Shown: positions 27,517 through 40,487 of the stretch, piece after piece
Layout of the letters: each line of letters opens with the position of its first letter
How positions within the stretch are numbered: the first letter of the stretch is position 1
From: Trichoplax sp. H2
Taxonomy: Eukaryota
Reading direction: 5' to 3'
Length of the DNA: 64,000 nucleotides
Assembly: GCA_003344405.1 (NCBI GenBank)
Contig: NOWV01000113.1
Span: forward strand, 1 to 64,000
Position numbers and translations under genes: made by a program
Notes under the pieces: model-generated
What the model was told of the DNA's origin: nothing
What the model saw: the letters and a program-made list of their open reading frames with translations, nothing else
The model's database searches: none

Positions 27517-28535
27517 AATTTGCAATGATGTCAGTAAAAATCACATAACTTGTGCAGGAAATGATAACTTCAGAGCATGTTTCGATATTAAAGTAATTAA
27601 TATTGATGCAATCAGTCCATTACTAAGTGCACGTCTCAAGGTGTCATTGACAGCTATGTCTCCCATCTATTATTGCTCTGCACAGCACGACTTCAATGAA
27701 TGCTAGAATCTTCTCTAGTATGACTTGATAAAAGGCAAATATTCTCATTTATGTACGAGATTAGCTCCGGGCGTTTGTTAGGGCTAATTTAATATCATAG
27801 AAGCTGCTGTTCGCATTCTGCGATCTATATAGAGCACTTTCCGCAGCGCAATTAATCCCAAAATATCAGGTTATTTCAATATTTTTTATATTACGATGAG
27901 GTTTAGTAAGGATTGTAGAACTAGAATCTATATCATGGCTGTATGATTACAATATATCGAGAATTTGATCTTGGAAATTTCAGACAAGAACTACTAAAAT
28001 TTTTGTAGCAGGTTCGTGCAGGGACTTCTAAAAAGACCCTTGCTTCCTGTCCACAGTACAATCACCGCACTGGCGTCCATGATGGGTTTTGTTATGTATG
28101 TAAGAATACAGTGACTTGTTGTACTGCACCTAACGTGTTAGCATAAGATAAGGTAATGAATTACTAAGATAAGGGTATAATACGCCATTACAGCTATACT
28201 ATTTAAATGCAGTAAATCCTAAATAAAAGAGACTTTTTTCAGTAAGCTTACTAGTAGGAGTGTATCAAAGTTCCTCGTGTTAACGTTAACGACTAAGAGT
28301 GGAAACACAACGGGTTTGACTACACTCCGACTGACAGCCAGCTGGACTGCTATAGACAATCACTCAATGATCGACTTGTCCGTGTACAGTATTAGTACAG
28401 TACTGTATATTAGGTCATGGTCTGTCTGGATATCTGTACATCCGTTGCAAAACCGTATGACGCGCAAAAGTGAACAGTAGTGTGTGGTCACTGCGCAAGT
28501 GCAGCGCCGCCGCCTAAGTGCTCACAGCAAGCAAG

Positions 28536-28679
28536 ATGGCGACTATTGGGATAGGGCCGCTTGCAACTGGTGCTCACGTCCTGTATTCCTGCTCCTGCAA
28601 GGAATTGGGAGAATTGGAAAGAATGTATTTTTGTAGACATTGCTTGAAGTTAAGATGTATCGATTGTGTATCTAACGAG
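28536..28679 (+). other. DCTN4: Duplicate copy of DCTN4 coding exon 1 (probably alternative haplotype or assembly artefact)
   Basis: Same sequence as 29173-29316, encoding [48 protein letters not shown] followed by a GT donor. Confidence 0.85.
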
Positions 28680-28714
28680 GTAAAGTAGCGATTACAAAGA
28701 AATGAAATCCAATT

Positions 28715-28734
28715 NNNNNNNNNNNNNNNNNNNN
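28715..28734. other. Assembly gap (20 N)
   Basis: Run of 20 n characters. Confidence 1.
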
Positions 28735-29172
28735 AAAATATCAGGTTATTTCAATATTTTTTATATTACGATGAGGTTTAGTAAGGATTGTAGAACTAGA
28801 ATCTATATCATGGCTGTATGATTACAATATATCGAGAATTTGATCTTGGAAATTTCAGACAAGAACTACTAAAATTTTTGTAGCAGGTTCGTGCAGGGAC
28901 TTCTAAAAAGACCCTTGCTTCCTGTCCACAGTACAATCACCGCACTGGCGTCCATGATGGGTTTGACTACACTCCGACTGACAGCCAGCTGGACTGCTAT
29001 AGACAATCACTCAATGATCGACTTGTCCGCGTATTAGTACAGTATATGAGGTTATGGTCTGTCTGGATATCTGTACATCCGTTGCAAAACCGTATGACGC
29101 GCAAAAGTGAACAGGAGTGTGTGGTCACTGCGCAAGTGCAACGCCGCCGCTTAAGTGCTCACAGCAAGCAAG

Positions 29173-32100
29173 ATGGCGACTATTGGGATAGGGCCGCTTG
29201 CAACTGGTGCTCACGTCCTGTATTCCTGCTCCTGCAAGGAATTGGGAGAATTGGAAAGAATGTATTTTTGTAGACATTGCTTGAAGTTAAGATGTATCGA
29301 TTGTGTATCTAACGAGGTAAAGTAGCGATTACAAAGAAATGAAATCCAATTGAATAGTGTCTACAGCTTTAAGTTAGTCAGTCGTCTAGTTCGCTGCCGA
29401 ATGATGGAAAATAATTCGAAACAATTATGGTCGTTTTTCATTTCCGGTCATCGATTTTTCATCGTTGATTTTGGTTATATTGTTCAATTCTATGCAATGA
29501 TAACAATCTTATATATCCAGTCGCAGATCTTTCATGATTGATTTTAGAAGCACACTTATACAGTTCAATACAATGCAATTATAGTAATCTACGGTAATAG
29601 TGCTTAGCGTACTCGTATATCAAGTCATAGATTTTTATCGTTGATTTTAGATATACTATTACACTTGTACTGTTCAGTTCTATGCAATGATAGCACAATT
29701 TTATATTAAATCTTGATAACAAGTCATGGATTTTCATCATTGATATTAGAAGTACGGTTTAATTCCATGTAACGATAGCCGTCGTATGTATTCACTTATC
29801 CATCTTTCATCGTTGATTTTAGACATACGCGTACACTTAAACAGCTCAATTCTATGCAATAATGGCCGTCTTTTTTATTCAGTCATAGATCTTTTATCGT
29901 TAATTTTAAATGCACAGTCTAATACTACGCAATGATAGCCATCTTATGTATCCAGTCGAACATCTTTCATCGTTGATTTTAGATTTACACCTGTCCTGTA
30001 TAGTTCAATTTTATATAATGGTAGTGTGGTGAATGGGTTTTATAACCCCTTAGGTTCGCAATCCAAGAAATATGAGTTATTAAAATTGAGCAAATCTCTA
30101 ACTTGACAAAATTATTATTATTATACCTCAAATTACTACAATACTGCTGTGATGAGCTGATACCACCACAAATAGCCATCTTACATATTCAGCCATAGAT
30201 CTTTCATCGTGATTGTAGATGTAAAGCATAATTCTATGCATTGATTTTATGTCCAGTCTTACAGTACATCTTTCATCGTTGATTTTAGATGTACACCTCA
30301 AAAATTGTTGATTAACTTTATGCAAAATTTGCTACAACTTTTTTAAGTGTTACAATACTTTGATGATTTGACAGGTGGCATTGTACGTCTAACAACTTTG
30401 GTTTTGATTTGCCTGTATCTGTAAATAGGTTGAATCGTTTTTTTGTCCAACTTGCTTAGAAAGTATGCCATCGGCTGAGGCTAGACAAAAAAGAAATAGG
30501 TAAGTGATAGGATTGTTGTCCCTCTTGCCTGATATGATAACTATATTTGAACTAGACATTTGACCAGTGGAATTGATCTCACATTAAAATTATTAAAGTC
30601 ACCCCTGTACGTATAAGCAGGGACGATTAAGTAAAAATTCGTGAAGGAAACTTTTCTTCTCGTCCAACATGGTTCATTATTACTACTTTAAGGATAATGT
30701 AGAATGCAATGAATTACTGTAAAAAGTTTTTCGTTGTACTACACATATACGAACACTGTATCTATTGTATTAACGAGTCGTGCAGTAATTGATGTACTAA
30801 GGCATTTATGAATGTCTATATTGTAGATGCAGCAATTGTTTGGAATGTCCCTTATGCACCAACACTTTATCGGTCATTGCTACAGCCACTGATGAGCCAG
30901 CAACTTTGGATAATGATAAAGAACCTGAAACTGAGCAAAAGAATGATACTGACTGTAAGATATTCACAATTACAGTATTCCGGCCAATTCTATGACGTCT
31001 CAGTACATGCTACATTTTCATGATATTTTAACTACTTGATAATTATTCTACTCTTTTTAGTGAGTAAAATTTGATAATAGCTTATTATTATTCCAAAATA
31101 TGCGTAGCTAAGGAAAACCATCCCGACAAAGAAGACTCTGAAGATAAATTATATTACTTGAGTTGCGGATTTTGTCGTTGGACATCAAGAGATATTGGCT
31201 TACCGGATCAACAACAGAGTAGTGGGAAATGGCCCGAAGTAGAATTTCAAAATGCCAATAAGGTAAATTCGTTTAGTTTGATTTATTTGTAATCGTTCTC
31301 TAAGAGCATGTAAATGCATATCAAATACCAGCTCTTAATTGACTGAAACGCGAATATATCTTCATCGGATGATTTTGACTAGGTTAACGAGCTGATAGAG
31401 TATTATCGCGGGGTTGAACAATTAGAAAGGGCTGAAAAAGATATAAAGATTCATAAAAGACGGAGGAGTACGTACATGTCAATTGGAACGGTAAGTTATC
31501 TGAATCTCAATAACAATGCTAGTTTTGCTTGATTGAGCGGCTAATGTTGTTTGCTGTATTCAATAGTGTCTAACAATTACTTTCCTAACTTGCCTCCAGG
31601 GTAAAATTTCTAGTTTTCAAAGGCGAAGCATGCATTCGCGAACTTCGAATGCATCTGCCATTTCGCTCGGGTCGTAAGTTGATAGCGAAGACTACGTGTA
31701 CATTATAGAGTTTCTTAACGTTATGGATGGAAATAACTGTTATCAATGAGAGGAAATAATGTCATCTTATTCAACGTAGTTTCCAAATAGCCACTGGTCA
31801 AAAACCTAAGGATGCTGGCGTCAGTCAGTCAACCGAAGATCCGAAACGCACCTCAGAAGACATTCTGGAAGTTGGAAGTGAACAAAGTAATGGAATTAAT
31901 TTAAACTGTAGATTAAACCGGTTATATTACTCATTATTAGACAACTTTATCCACTATTATATGTCGATGATAAAATTTGCATATTTATATTGTATTTAGT
32001 TACAGGCCTAATGCAGAGACTCTGTTTTCCTAGTTGTCAGCCGAGCAAAGTAAAGTATGTTTATAATTTTTCGTCATGGTGATTGCAGCATATGTATTGC

Positions 32101-33371
32101 TTTGGTGATAATATTAACATTAGTGCGATTTCAGTACTTGTGCAGCATAAGTAATCGAATCACTTCTTTGTATGTGTAGAGATTTAATGCCTATTCGTAA
32201 GCATTTGCTAGCGAAAAAGTCCCAACGTTGTAAGGTTGGTTTGAATAGCCAAGCTACACTTTTGTGTAACTATTTTTAAATTCTTTAATGATTGTTGATA
32301 ATAAGATTGTTGCAATTCCCATTGTCTGCAAATACAGGAATGCGAACATAATTTATGCAAGCCAGAATTTAATCCATCTTCAATCAAGTTCAAGATACAA
32401 CTGGTAGCTTGGTCAGTCTAAAGCATTCTAAACATAAACTTTAATTATTAACGTTATACTGAATTTACAGATTTTAATTGGTATGTACTTTATCAATAGG
32501 CAATATACTCCACGCGTCATTATCACCCAGGTTCCAGACCTCTTGTTTAATCAGGTATGAACTCTTCTCCAGTGTATGTAATGCGATCCGGGTAGCAATA
32601 TCGGTAGTCGTTTTTTCACGGAACCACTATCCGTTTACGATTCAAAATATTGATACAGGAGAATAAAGTCACTTTAACAATCATCAATCCTTTGGATGCG
32701 AGCGTAAAGTTCATCTTATCGCCACTGACCTTAAATGAAGATAAGCCAGTTCCGTTTCCTCAAACTGCTGAGGTAGGATTATAATGGCCAAGTTGTATTT
32801 TAATTGCTCGCTTTATTTTAGTATTTAAATTTCTTAAAAATGAATCGTTTCTTTAGATAATTCCACCGGAAAAAGAGTTAATACTTTCAGCGAAAGATGA
32901 TTCAGCAGAATTTGACTATAGCGAAACTGCAGCATCTACTTTTAATGACGATCCTAGGTAAATTTATGTGCTAATGCGAAAATTTCCCGCTTAATAGTGT
33001 AATGTTATTGTTATCAATTTTGTCGTTGATGTAAAATTTGTATTTGTCGTGCACAAATAAAAGGATTGTGCTGGCAAGAAGAGCTAACAGACTTAGTATT
33101 TATTGTCGAATAATACCGAAGAAAGCTTTCGGCCACGTTAAGGTATTTAATTATATTTGTGAAAAGATTTACTTACTACTTTGCTTTAGTATTTCATGCA
33201 AGTAGCAAATTATTGACATTTTATATAATTTATTATGCGCCTTTATAGTGCTCAGTGGTGCTAAAATATGACGGAAAAAGCATAAAGAAAGGTGATGCTG
33301 AGGCCTCGTGGATTGAACATCATGTACATTTAAATTTAGGAATAGTTTCTACAAAGCATAAGCAGACTTGA
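29173..33371 (+). CDS. DCTN4: Dynactin subunit 4 (p62), about 480 aa, 15 exons
   Basis: Exons 29173-29316, 30429-30499, 30827-30954, 31108-31262, 31383-31490, 31600-31673, 31780-31886, 32000-32054, 32180-32234, 32338-32411, 32500-32554, 32659-32772, 32857-32957, 33064-33142, 33249-33371. p62 motifs: [122 protein letters not shown]. Confidence 0.96.
29445..30300. repeat. Degenerate minisatellite (about 70-100 bp unit, about 9 copies) in DCTN4 intron 1
   Basis: Core ATCTTTCATCGTTGATTTTAGA recurs at about 29457, 29530, 29633, 29731, 29805, 29892, 29965, 30202 and 30271, usually followed by TTCAATTCTATGCAATGATAGC-like sequence; interrupted at about 30010-30170. Confidence 0.85.
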
Positions 33372-33458
33372 TGGAATGACATATCATAGAGTCTACAGTT
33401 GAGTCGCAGCCTTTTTGTTTTAAGACAGATGTAATATAGATTGTTAGCCTGTTATATC

Positions 33459-33464
33459 AATAAA
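33459..33464 (+). promoter_or_regulatory. Candidate polyadenylation signal of DCTN4
   Basis: AATAAA about 90 bp after the stop codon, followed by T-rich sequence. Confidence 0.45.
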
Positions 33465-34683
33465 TAATATTTTTAAAGTTTTTCGCAATTTGTCCCTGGA
33501 AATGTATTTGTATCATATGTTAATTTAAAATTTTTGTTAGAGTTAGGCTTCCCGTTGTCTAATTTTACACTCACTAAGTTATCAATGGTGTATTTTCTCG
33601 GCAATGATAATTTTAATCTATTTTTACTTTCGTGCTTAGCTAGAGATCTACTGAATGTTACTATAGTAACTCTTAAATTATAGCAAAAGAAAAGAACTTA
33701 TTTTTCGCTGAAGATAATATTGTATTGATGGCGTCTTTTGAATACTGTTGATTGTCGTACTTCAATGGGAATATGAAGTGTTGTAAATAATATCGTAACG
33801 ACTGTTAAAAATAAAGCAACCGCAATTACAAACTATCGATTATTGTGTATTTACATTTGTACAATTGTTTTGATACTGCAGTAAGAGAAAGGTTAATGCA
33901 AATGGTTTCTTAGCTGTTTATCACACTTAATGATACATTTACGAACAAATTTTAATACTGAGTGACTGTTGATAATATTTAAGAGTTACATGTAGATCAT
34001 TATTCAACGTCATCAAACGAAACACTTACTTTGACATGAGGGTTGAGGTAAATATGGCAATTTTGATATTTTATTTACGTCTAGACCTAACTATCATAAC
34101 AATTCACAATGTCTAAATTAAGAGCATCATAACCAGATTATCATTACAAATATCAATTACTCTAGTAACCAAATTTATTATTTATCGTTTCTTTTTAGTG
34201 GGTGTAAGCGTACAATAGACTTATACGTAATACTTCCTCAATTAACTTAATCGAAACTAGCTACAAGATTTCGTCTAGAATTCATTCTTCATGATCGCCT
34301 GTAGTGGAGCAGGCAATAATTTTATTCGTTAAAGCGTACTATTGGCCTGCAATTTTGTATTTACTAAGAAGGAAAGATAATTATTTAAGGCTCACATAAA
34401 GTTACTGTTAGTCTTTCTATTACTCTCTAATGAAAGATTACACTAGGTTCAATTTAAAAAGGATACCGGTGTATGATTGATCACGTATTTGTTATTAGAA
34501 AGCTTAGCAATAATTTTTTATTATCGATCATTCTACTTATTCGTATTTCATGCGTATAGAAAAATCTTTTCATCTAATATCGCTAAAATATTGTTTATTA
34601 CTATTCTAATACTCAACCATTATAATTCAGCGCATAAAAATGAGAATTAAGTCACATACTGTTATATCTAGTAGAAAAAGAAA

Positions 34684-37600
34684 ATGAACATTGGCAAGAT
34701 CGCTATGATTTGGCTTAGTTACTTGCTGTTCAACTTACATTTATCTCTCGATTTATTCCATTCAGGTAAGGTTTTATCAATTTATTCATTCACGTAAAAG
34801 TATAACATCGACTACAGTAAAGAATTAAGATTATAAATGACTGTAAATATTTAAACTATTTTGGAAGACCTCACCAGTTGCCAAGTAATTTCAAATACCT
34901 AGTCAATGTCTACTTGACACCAATTTGAGAGTAAATACTCAACGGCATGCTTAACTGCCGCAGTATATAAGATCAATGGCAGAGTATAATATCTGCTAGC
35001 ATCGCTTACTGATTTGATTGTAACACATTGCATTTATTATTAAAAATTTTGACAGTGTGTCGAGCATCGACACCGATAGGCAATATTTTAAACTTATAGT
35101 TTTACTAATGGGGATCAGATACGATTATTTGCTTAATTAATTTTTTCATACTTCTCCATTTTCAGTTTATGTAATCGTCCTATTTTAAATCCAATATCGT
35201 AGTAAATATTTAAAATGTCAAGAATAAAATCGTCAAAAATATTATGTTTGTAGTCATTATATATTTTTAAACAAGATTCAATTCGATGATCTATTTTTAC
35301 TATATAAAAGCATACCTCGATATCCCAAGTGACACTGGTCCGATCATAATTAAGCATAATTCAATTTGATGTGAAGAAGAATTTATTTTAACTAAAATCG
35401 ATCACAATTTGAATTAATTATAATTAAGGTACTGGTGCGAATCTATCCTTCGCAATTAGCGATGTTGAGAAATTGATAAAACTAGAAACGACCCTTTCTC
35501 GAAATCTACATCGCTACGTTATGTTAGAAAGAGATAAAATTCAAGGATTAGAGCACCTTTTGAATATAATTGCGAATGATATAGATGATCACGAAAGGAG
35601 TAATAAAGATGGCGAGCTACCATTGGCTAAGTTTCTGCTTATTAAGCGATTTGTACAGCATTGGCAGAAAGTTTATAAGATATCAATGGCTAAGAGCAAT
35701 CAATGTAAGCAATTTAAAATAGAGAATTTACACAGATTCCATTAGATTCCTACGTATAAGCTATTTATAACACGATGCAGTAAATAAATATTTAGACCGT
35801 ACAGTGTGAACTAGTGTACAGCGAATGGGTACTTGATTTTCTGTAGTGTATTAAGTTTTTATAGGGTATTTATTAAGTATTACTTTCAAATATAAACTAA
35901 AATAATTAATAATAAAGTACGAATAATGTCATATTTTAGCTTTTGTACCGGGTTATGATGTCATTAGTAGGACTAATTACTATATTTTTTTCCGTATTTA
36001 TGCATACATGCTTAGTTATGTTGAAATTATTGGCCGCAGCGAAAAGATTATTTCCCTCAATAGATGATTTAAATTATACAATAAAATCAATATTGCGACT
36101 ACAAGAGGTATACCATCTATCAGAAAGGGACTTATATCACGGAATTATTCAAGGTAGTAATCCTTTAGGATTCAAATTAAATTGGCATGACTGTATTAAG
36201 ATGGCAAATGGTGCAAAAGATAAAAAAAATTACTATCGAGCTTACAATTGGGCTATTGAAGCTGCTAAATATTGGAATAAAACAGGTTTAATTAAGCAAC
36301 ATGAACAAGTTAAGAGGAGAATTTTACAGCCTTTAGCTATCTCTGCCTTTCAGGTAATACTAGCTACTCTATAATTCTCAAGAAATGGCTACAAATTTTT
36401 AAAAGAAGTAACGACTTAACAACATAATTACATATATCTTAAAATGAAAAAAATACCACAGTATCCAATTAAGAAGCAAAAATGACGCGATATTTAAAAT
36501 GGAAATACAAATTTTTATAATTTTAATGTTAAAAAATTTTTTATTTTTTTAATAAATTTCGATTCGATTCAAGATTGGTAAGATCCAAGATGCACTGCAT
36601 TATGTCCAAGAATTACTAAAATTAGGTACTGCTTTAGATTAAATTTGATATATCTTTACTTACTGGATATATAAACTTGCAAAATTTTCGAAATATGGTA
36701 CAGTATTATATTACTTATCGGAGAGAAATATATTTATTTATTTTAGAAATAGTTCAAAAATGGCTTCATAGGTATTTAGAAGGGATAACGTAGCATTAAT
36801 TTATATTATGTAGTTAGCATTTGATAAATTTAGTCTAAATGTAATGCTAGTCGCTTATTCGTATAAAATAATAAACGAAGATTTTGAAATTAGGAGATTA
36901 AGACGATGAAACAGATCATCCTTAATTCGTTTAAAGACTCTTTTGAGTCGAAAGTATTAAATTAATTCCATATTTTATTAATTTTAAAAATCAATCCAAT
37001 CTATATATTGATTTGTAACTGATAGACTATCAGCATTCTTCGAGATGTCACAAATATTTAGCTGGTACAATGTATTATAGGATTTTTGATAATCACATCG
37101 TTACTGATAGTATGTGCATTTATGCTTTTGTATCCGGTATCAAAGTATTAGATAATATTAGCAAATTATCACATATTATGAGCCACTCTAAATCCTATAA
37201 CTAGATCCGAATGATAAATTCGCAAACGAAGGTTATCAGAAGTGCAAGAAAGCTATTTCTCAGAGTAATGGAACCGAAGCTAATAAAATGGAAAACCATG
37301 TTAAACGTAACCTTCAAACTAAATTGGATTACTTACCAACCTATACTAAACTGTGTCGTAGTCATAAGGTACAGATACTATACACTACGCATCGGTATGT
37401 CTTCTTTATAATTACATAATTATAGAACGTGGATCTAGTAGTAGTAATCGTAAACACCCCATATTTTTATTAGAAATGTAGTGCGTATACATGATGCAAA
37501 AGTGATTTAAGTATTTGTTTTATTGCATGCCCTAGAATTAGGTTTGTAGGTCATTCCTGATAATAAAATTATCTCGTAATCTTATATTATACCTATTAAA

Positions 37601-40487
37601 AAAAAATTTATTTCTCTAATATTTTAGAATTATCAAACAAGCCTAAATAACGGTTTAAAATGCTATTACTTTAATCAGTCTCCTCTATTACACTTTAATC
37701 CTGTCGCTGTTGAGGAGATTAGTTATAGCCCAGTCATTCGACTCTACCATGACATCATTAGTCATCAAGAAGCCGAAATATTAAAGAACATATCGTCGAA
37801 AAAGGTAAAAGTTAATACCTGAATAGCTTTGAAATGATTCAGGTAATTAATAAATACAGTATGAACATGTAGTGATGCACCTATATTTGATTATATGGAT
37901 AGCTACGTTTGGTACAATTAGGCTACTTTGAATAGATATTATCGTGAAACTAATAATAGATGATTGCTAACTACTATATTAGAAATTGTTGATGACTAAT
38001 ATTAGCCAGTTGACTAATTATGGCATAAGATTTATGTAGCTAGAAACATTGTAGTTGTTAAGATGCCCTCCAGAGAAAGGGGATAGATCTTAATAGAAGA
38101 GTAGTGACATCTTAAGTAGAATGATTTAGATAGTAAAAAATAATGATGTACTATTTGAAAAATCTATTTTGTTTGATGACTCATGTCTGATTGCAGATTA
38201 ATCGAGTTGTCATAAATGGATTTAACGAAATAAATATAAGAATTGCAGAGATGAGCTGACGAGAGAGAAAGAGATTTCACTTCACTTTGAGCTCGAAATA
38301 CTTTAGATTTTAGACTAGATTGTTGTAACAATGAATTATTGCTCTACTATTCCTAAAACCTGTATTAGAAGCCTTTTAGAAAATACTATTTGACTAAGAT
38401 AGTTGTTGTGAGACACATTTATTACAGAACACTGTATTTACTCTATAAACACTTGTAGTTAACTGTGGCGAGGACATTTGTACAGATCATGCCAAATAAT
38501 TCTGAAGCTGAGGGAGAATATAGATTTGCCAAACAGTAAGACAAGATATTATTTGTATTTAACCAATAAGCTCAATCGACAATTCTATCATATACACCCA
38601 TTGGCATAGCATAGTTGTAATCATACGAAATTAATGACACACTATCTATTCAGTAATGCTAAACATATAAGTAAGTAAGTAAATATCGGCAAGTAGTCAG
38701 TTTAACTTATTAGCATTACTCCTATGTCACATTATGTTGTACTGTGTTTGTTGCTGGAACTTAAAACGGACAGAAGTGGACCATATTTTTTCGTATTACC
38801 TTTGAAATGTGCATAAAAATTTAAGATGTAATCAGCTAAGCCACTTCGGAAGAATATCCGAGAGATAAAACAAGTAACTAATGAATATGTTGCACAACCT
38901 ATCGCTGTCTTCTTACGTTCAAAAATAGTTTATTCTTGTAATAAAATTATTTCTAGCGGATCCTTCTTAGATTGCTAAAGCTCTGCTAGCATATTACAAA
39001 TCATATTTGCATAGCATTAGCAAAATAAGAAATTTATGGATTATGACATTCGCTATTTATTTAGTGCTTGGTTAGGTGATATAGATAATCAAGTTGTTCG
39101 ACGACTGTCTGCTTTATCAGAGGAGTTAACAGGCTTAGATTTATCTTATGCGGAGAAATTGCAGGTTTTTAATTTTATATTTAAGTTAATAACAAATATT
39201 GTTTTTGTTTACATTGTAAACGGACTTTTGTTACTATACGATAACTCTACAATTATTTCGAATTTTAGTATCATTTTTAAATACAGAATAGCTTTCTTAT
39301 TTCTATTCAGGTGGCTAACTATGGTGTTGGAGGGCATTATTCCCCTCATTATGATTCAGCATCAATCGATGTAAATATTTATGATTTATTTCATTTATAG
39401 TTGCAAAATTATTATTTTTCTTACTCTTAGTACCCAGCAAATATAAACGTTAGTATATAAGATACGAATATAGATTTGCATCGTTATTTATTCATGAAAA
39501 ATGTAATCTAATGATCTATATATAAGGTATTTTTATGACTTATTACTCGAATTTGGCATTTCAGGATGATACAGGCAAGCCAAGATTAGCAACAATAATG
39601 TTTTATGTAAGTTTCCACCTTATTTTATATACAGCGCGCAAGATCAATTTATCGAAATGTAGCGAAATGTATCTAATGTAACTTGCAAGGCTTCCACTCA
39701 GTTTCAAGACAAATGGAATATAAATAATACCATGTATTTAAATACTTTTTTGTGTATCTATTCGAATACTTCGTGTTACATTATTTTCAGAGTATTCTAA
39801 CACTTGTATTATAATAAAGCTGTTTTAATATGTAACAGCTCAGTGACGTGGACATTGGAGGAGCTACCGTTTTTCCAGACATTGGCAAAGCCATTTTCCC
39901 TCGCAAGGTAGGTGTAAATAACTCTTTTGACGCGTTTATAACATTTTATCTAAGTTATAAACGTTGACTTAATTTTGGAAATTACGATTTGTAAAATAAA
40001 TCAGGTACAGCACGTATTCGTGAAATTTTAGTTCTAAATTATCACTAAAAGATATTACTGAATGACTTGCTTAATAATTGAAAAAGCGCCTTATCAGTGT
40101 ACTGTTTTTAAAGATCGACATCTATGGAATAACATTATAAATATTGTATATGTCTCGATAGTTTTTTTAAATATGTAAATATCAAGGGAAGTGCATTGTA
40201 CTGGATAAATTTAAAGCGCAATGGATCAATCCACACAGTGACTCTGCACGCAGGATGCCCGGTTGTCATTGGATCGAAGTGGAGTAAGATATGTTTATGT
40301 TAAAACTGATTTTCATATTACTATTTTTAGTACCCTTCCTTGAATACTAAAATTAAAAAAATGTAATGTACTGTAGTTGGTGTTATAAGGGATTTTGGTG
40401 AAATTCTATTTTTCAGTAGCCAACAAATGGATTAAAGCAGCTGGTCAAGAATTTCGTTATCCTTGTAGCCTCAATCCTTACGATTGA
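34684..40487 (+). CDS. P4HA: Prolyl 4-hydroxylase alpha subunit-like, array copy 3 (about 534 aa, 13 coding exons)
   Basis: Exons 34684-34765, 35429-35704, 36016-36353, 36574-36625, 37205-37368, 37628-37804, 38459-38535, 39065-39164, 39311-39370, 39565-39606, 39839-39907, 40187-40283, 40417-40487. Motifs: SILRLQEVY, YTKLCR, VANYGVGGHYSPHYD, RLATIMFYLSDVDIGGATVFP, TLHAGCPVVIGSKWIANKW. Confidence 0.93.

Larger units (their letters stand above)
27860..29351 (+). repeat. Near-identical direct duplication (27860-28714 and 28735-29351) flanking an assembly gap; includes DCTN4 promoter and exon 1
   Basis: Both copies begin AAAATATCAGGTTATTTC and end GAAATGAAATCCAATT, abut the N-run exactly, and differ by a 228 bp indel, a few small indels and SNPs. 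Confidence 0.95.

Noticed and set aside
28277-29273. ORFs 28277-28480 and 29046-29273
   Set aside because: They cover promoter, 5' UTR or an alternative frame of DCTN4 exon 1, and one copy has a TAG where the other has GAG.
27860-29351. True tandem duplication or alternative first exons of DCTN4
   Set aside because: Both copies end exactly at a 20-N gap and are nearly identical, typical of unmerged haplotype contig ends.
29445-30300. Regularly spaced 20-bp core resembling a CRISPR array
   Set aside because: The spacers are homologous to each other, the cores are degenerate, there are no cas genes, and it lies in a eukaryotic intron.
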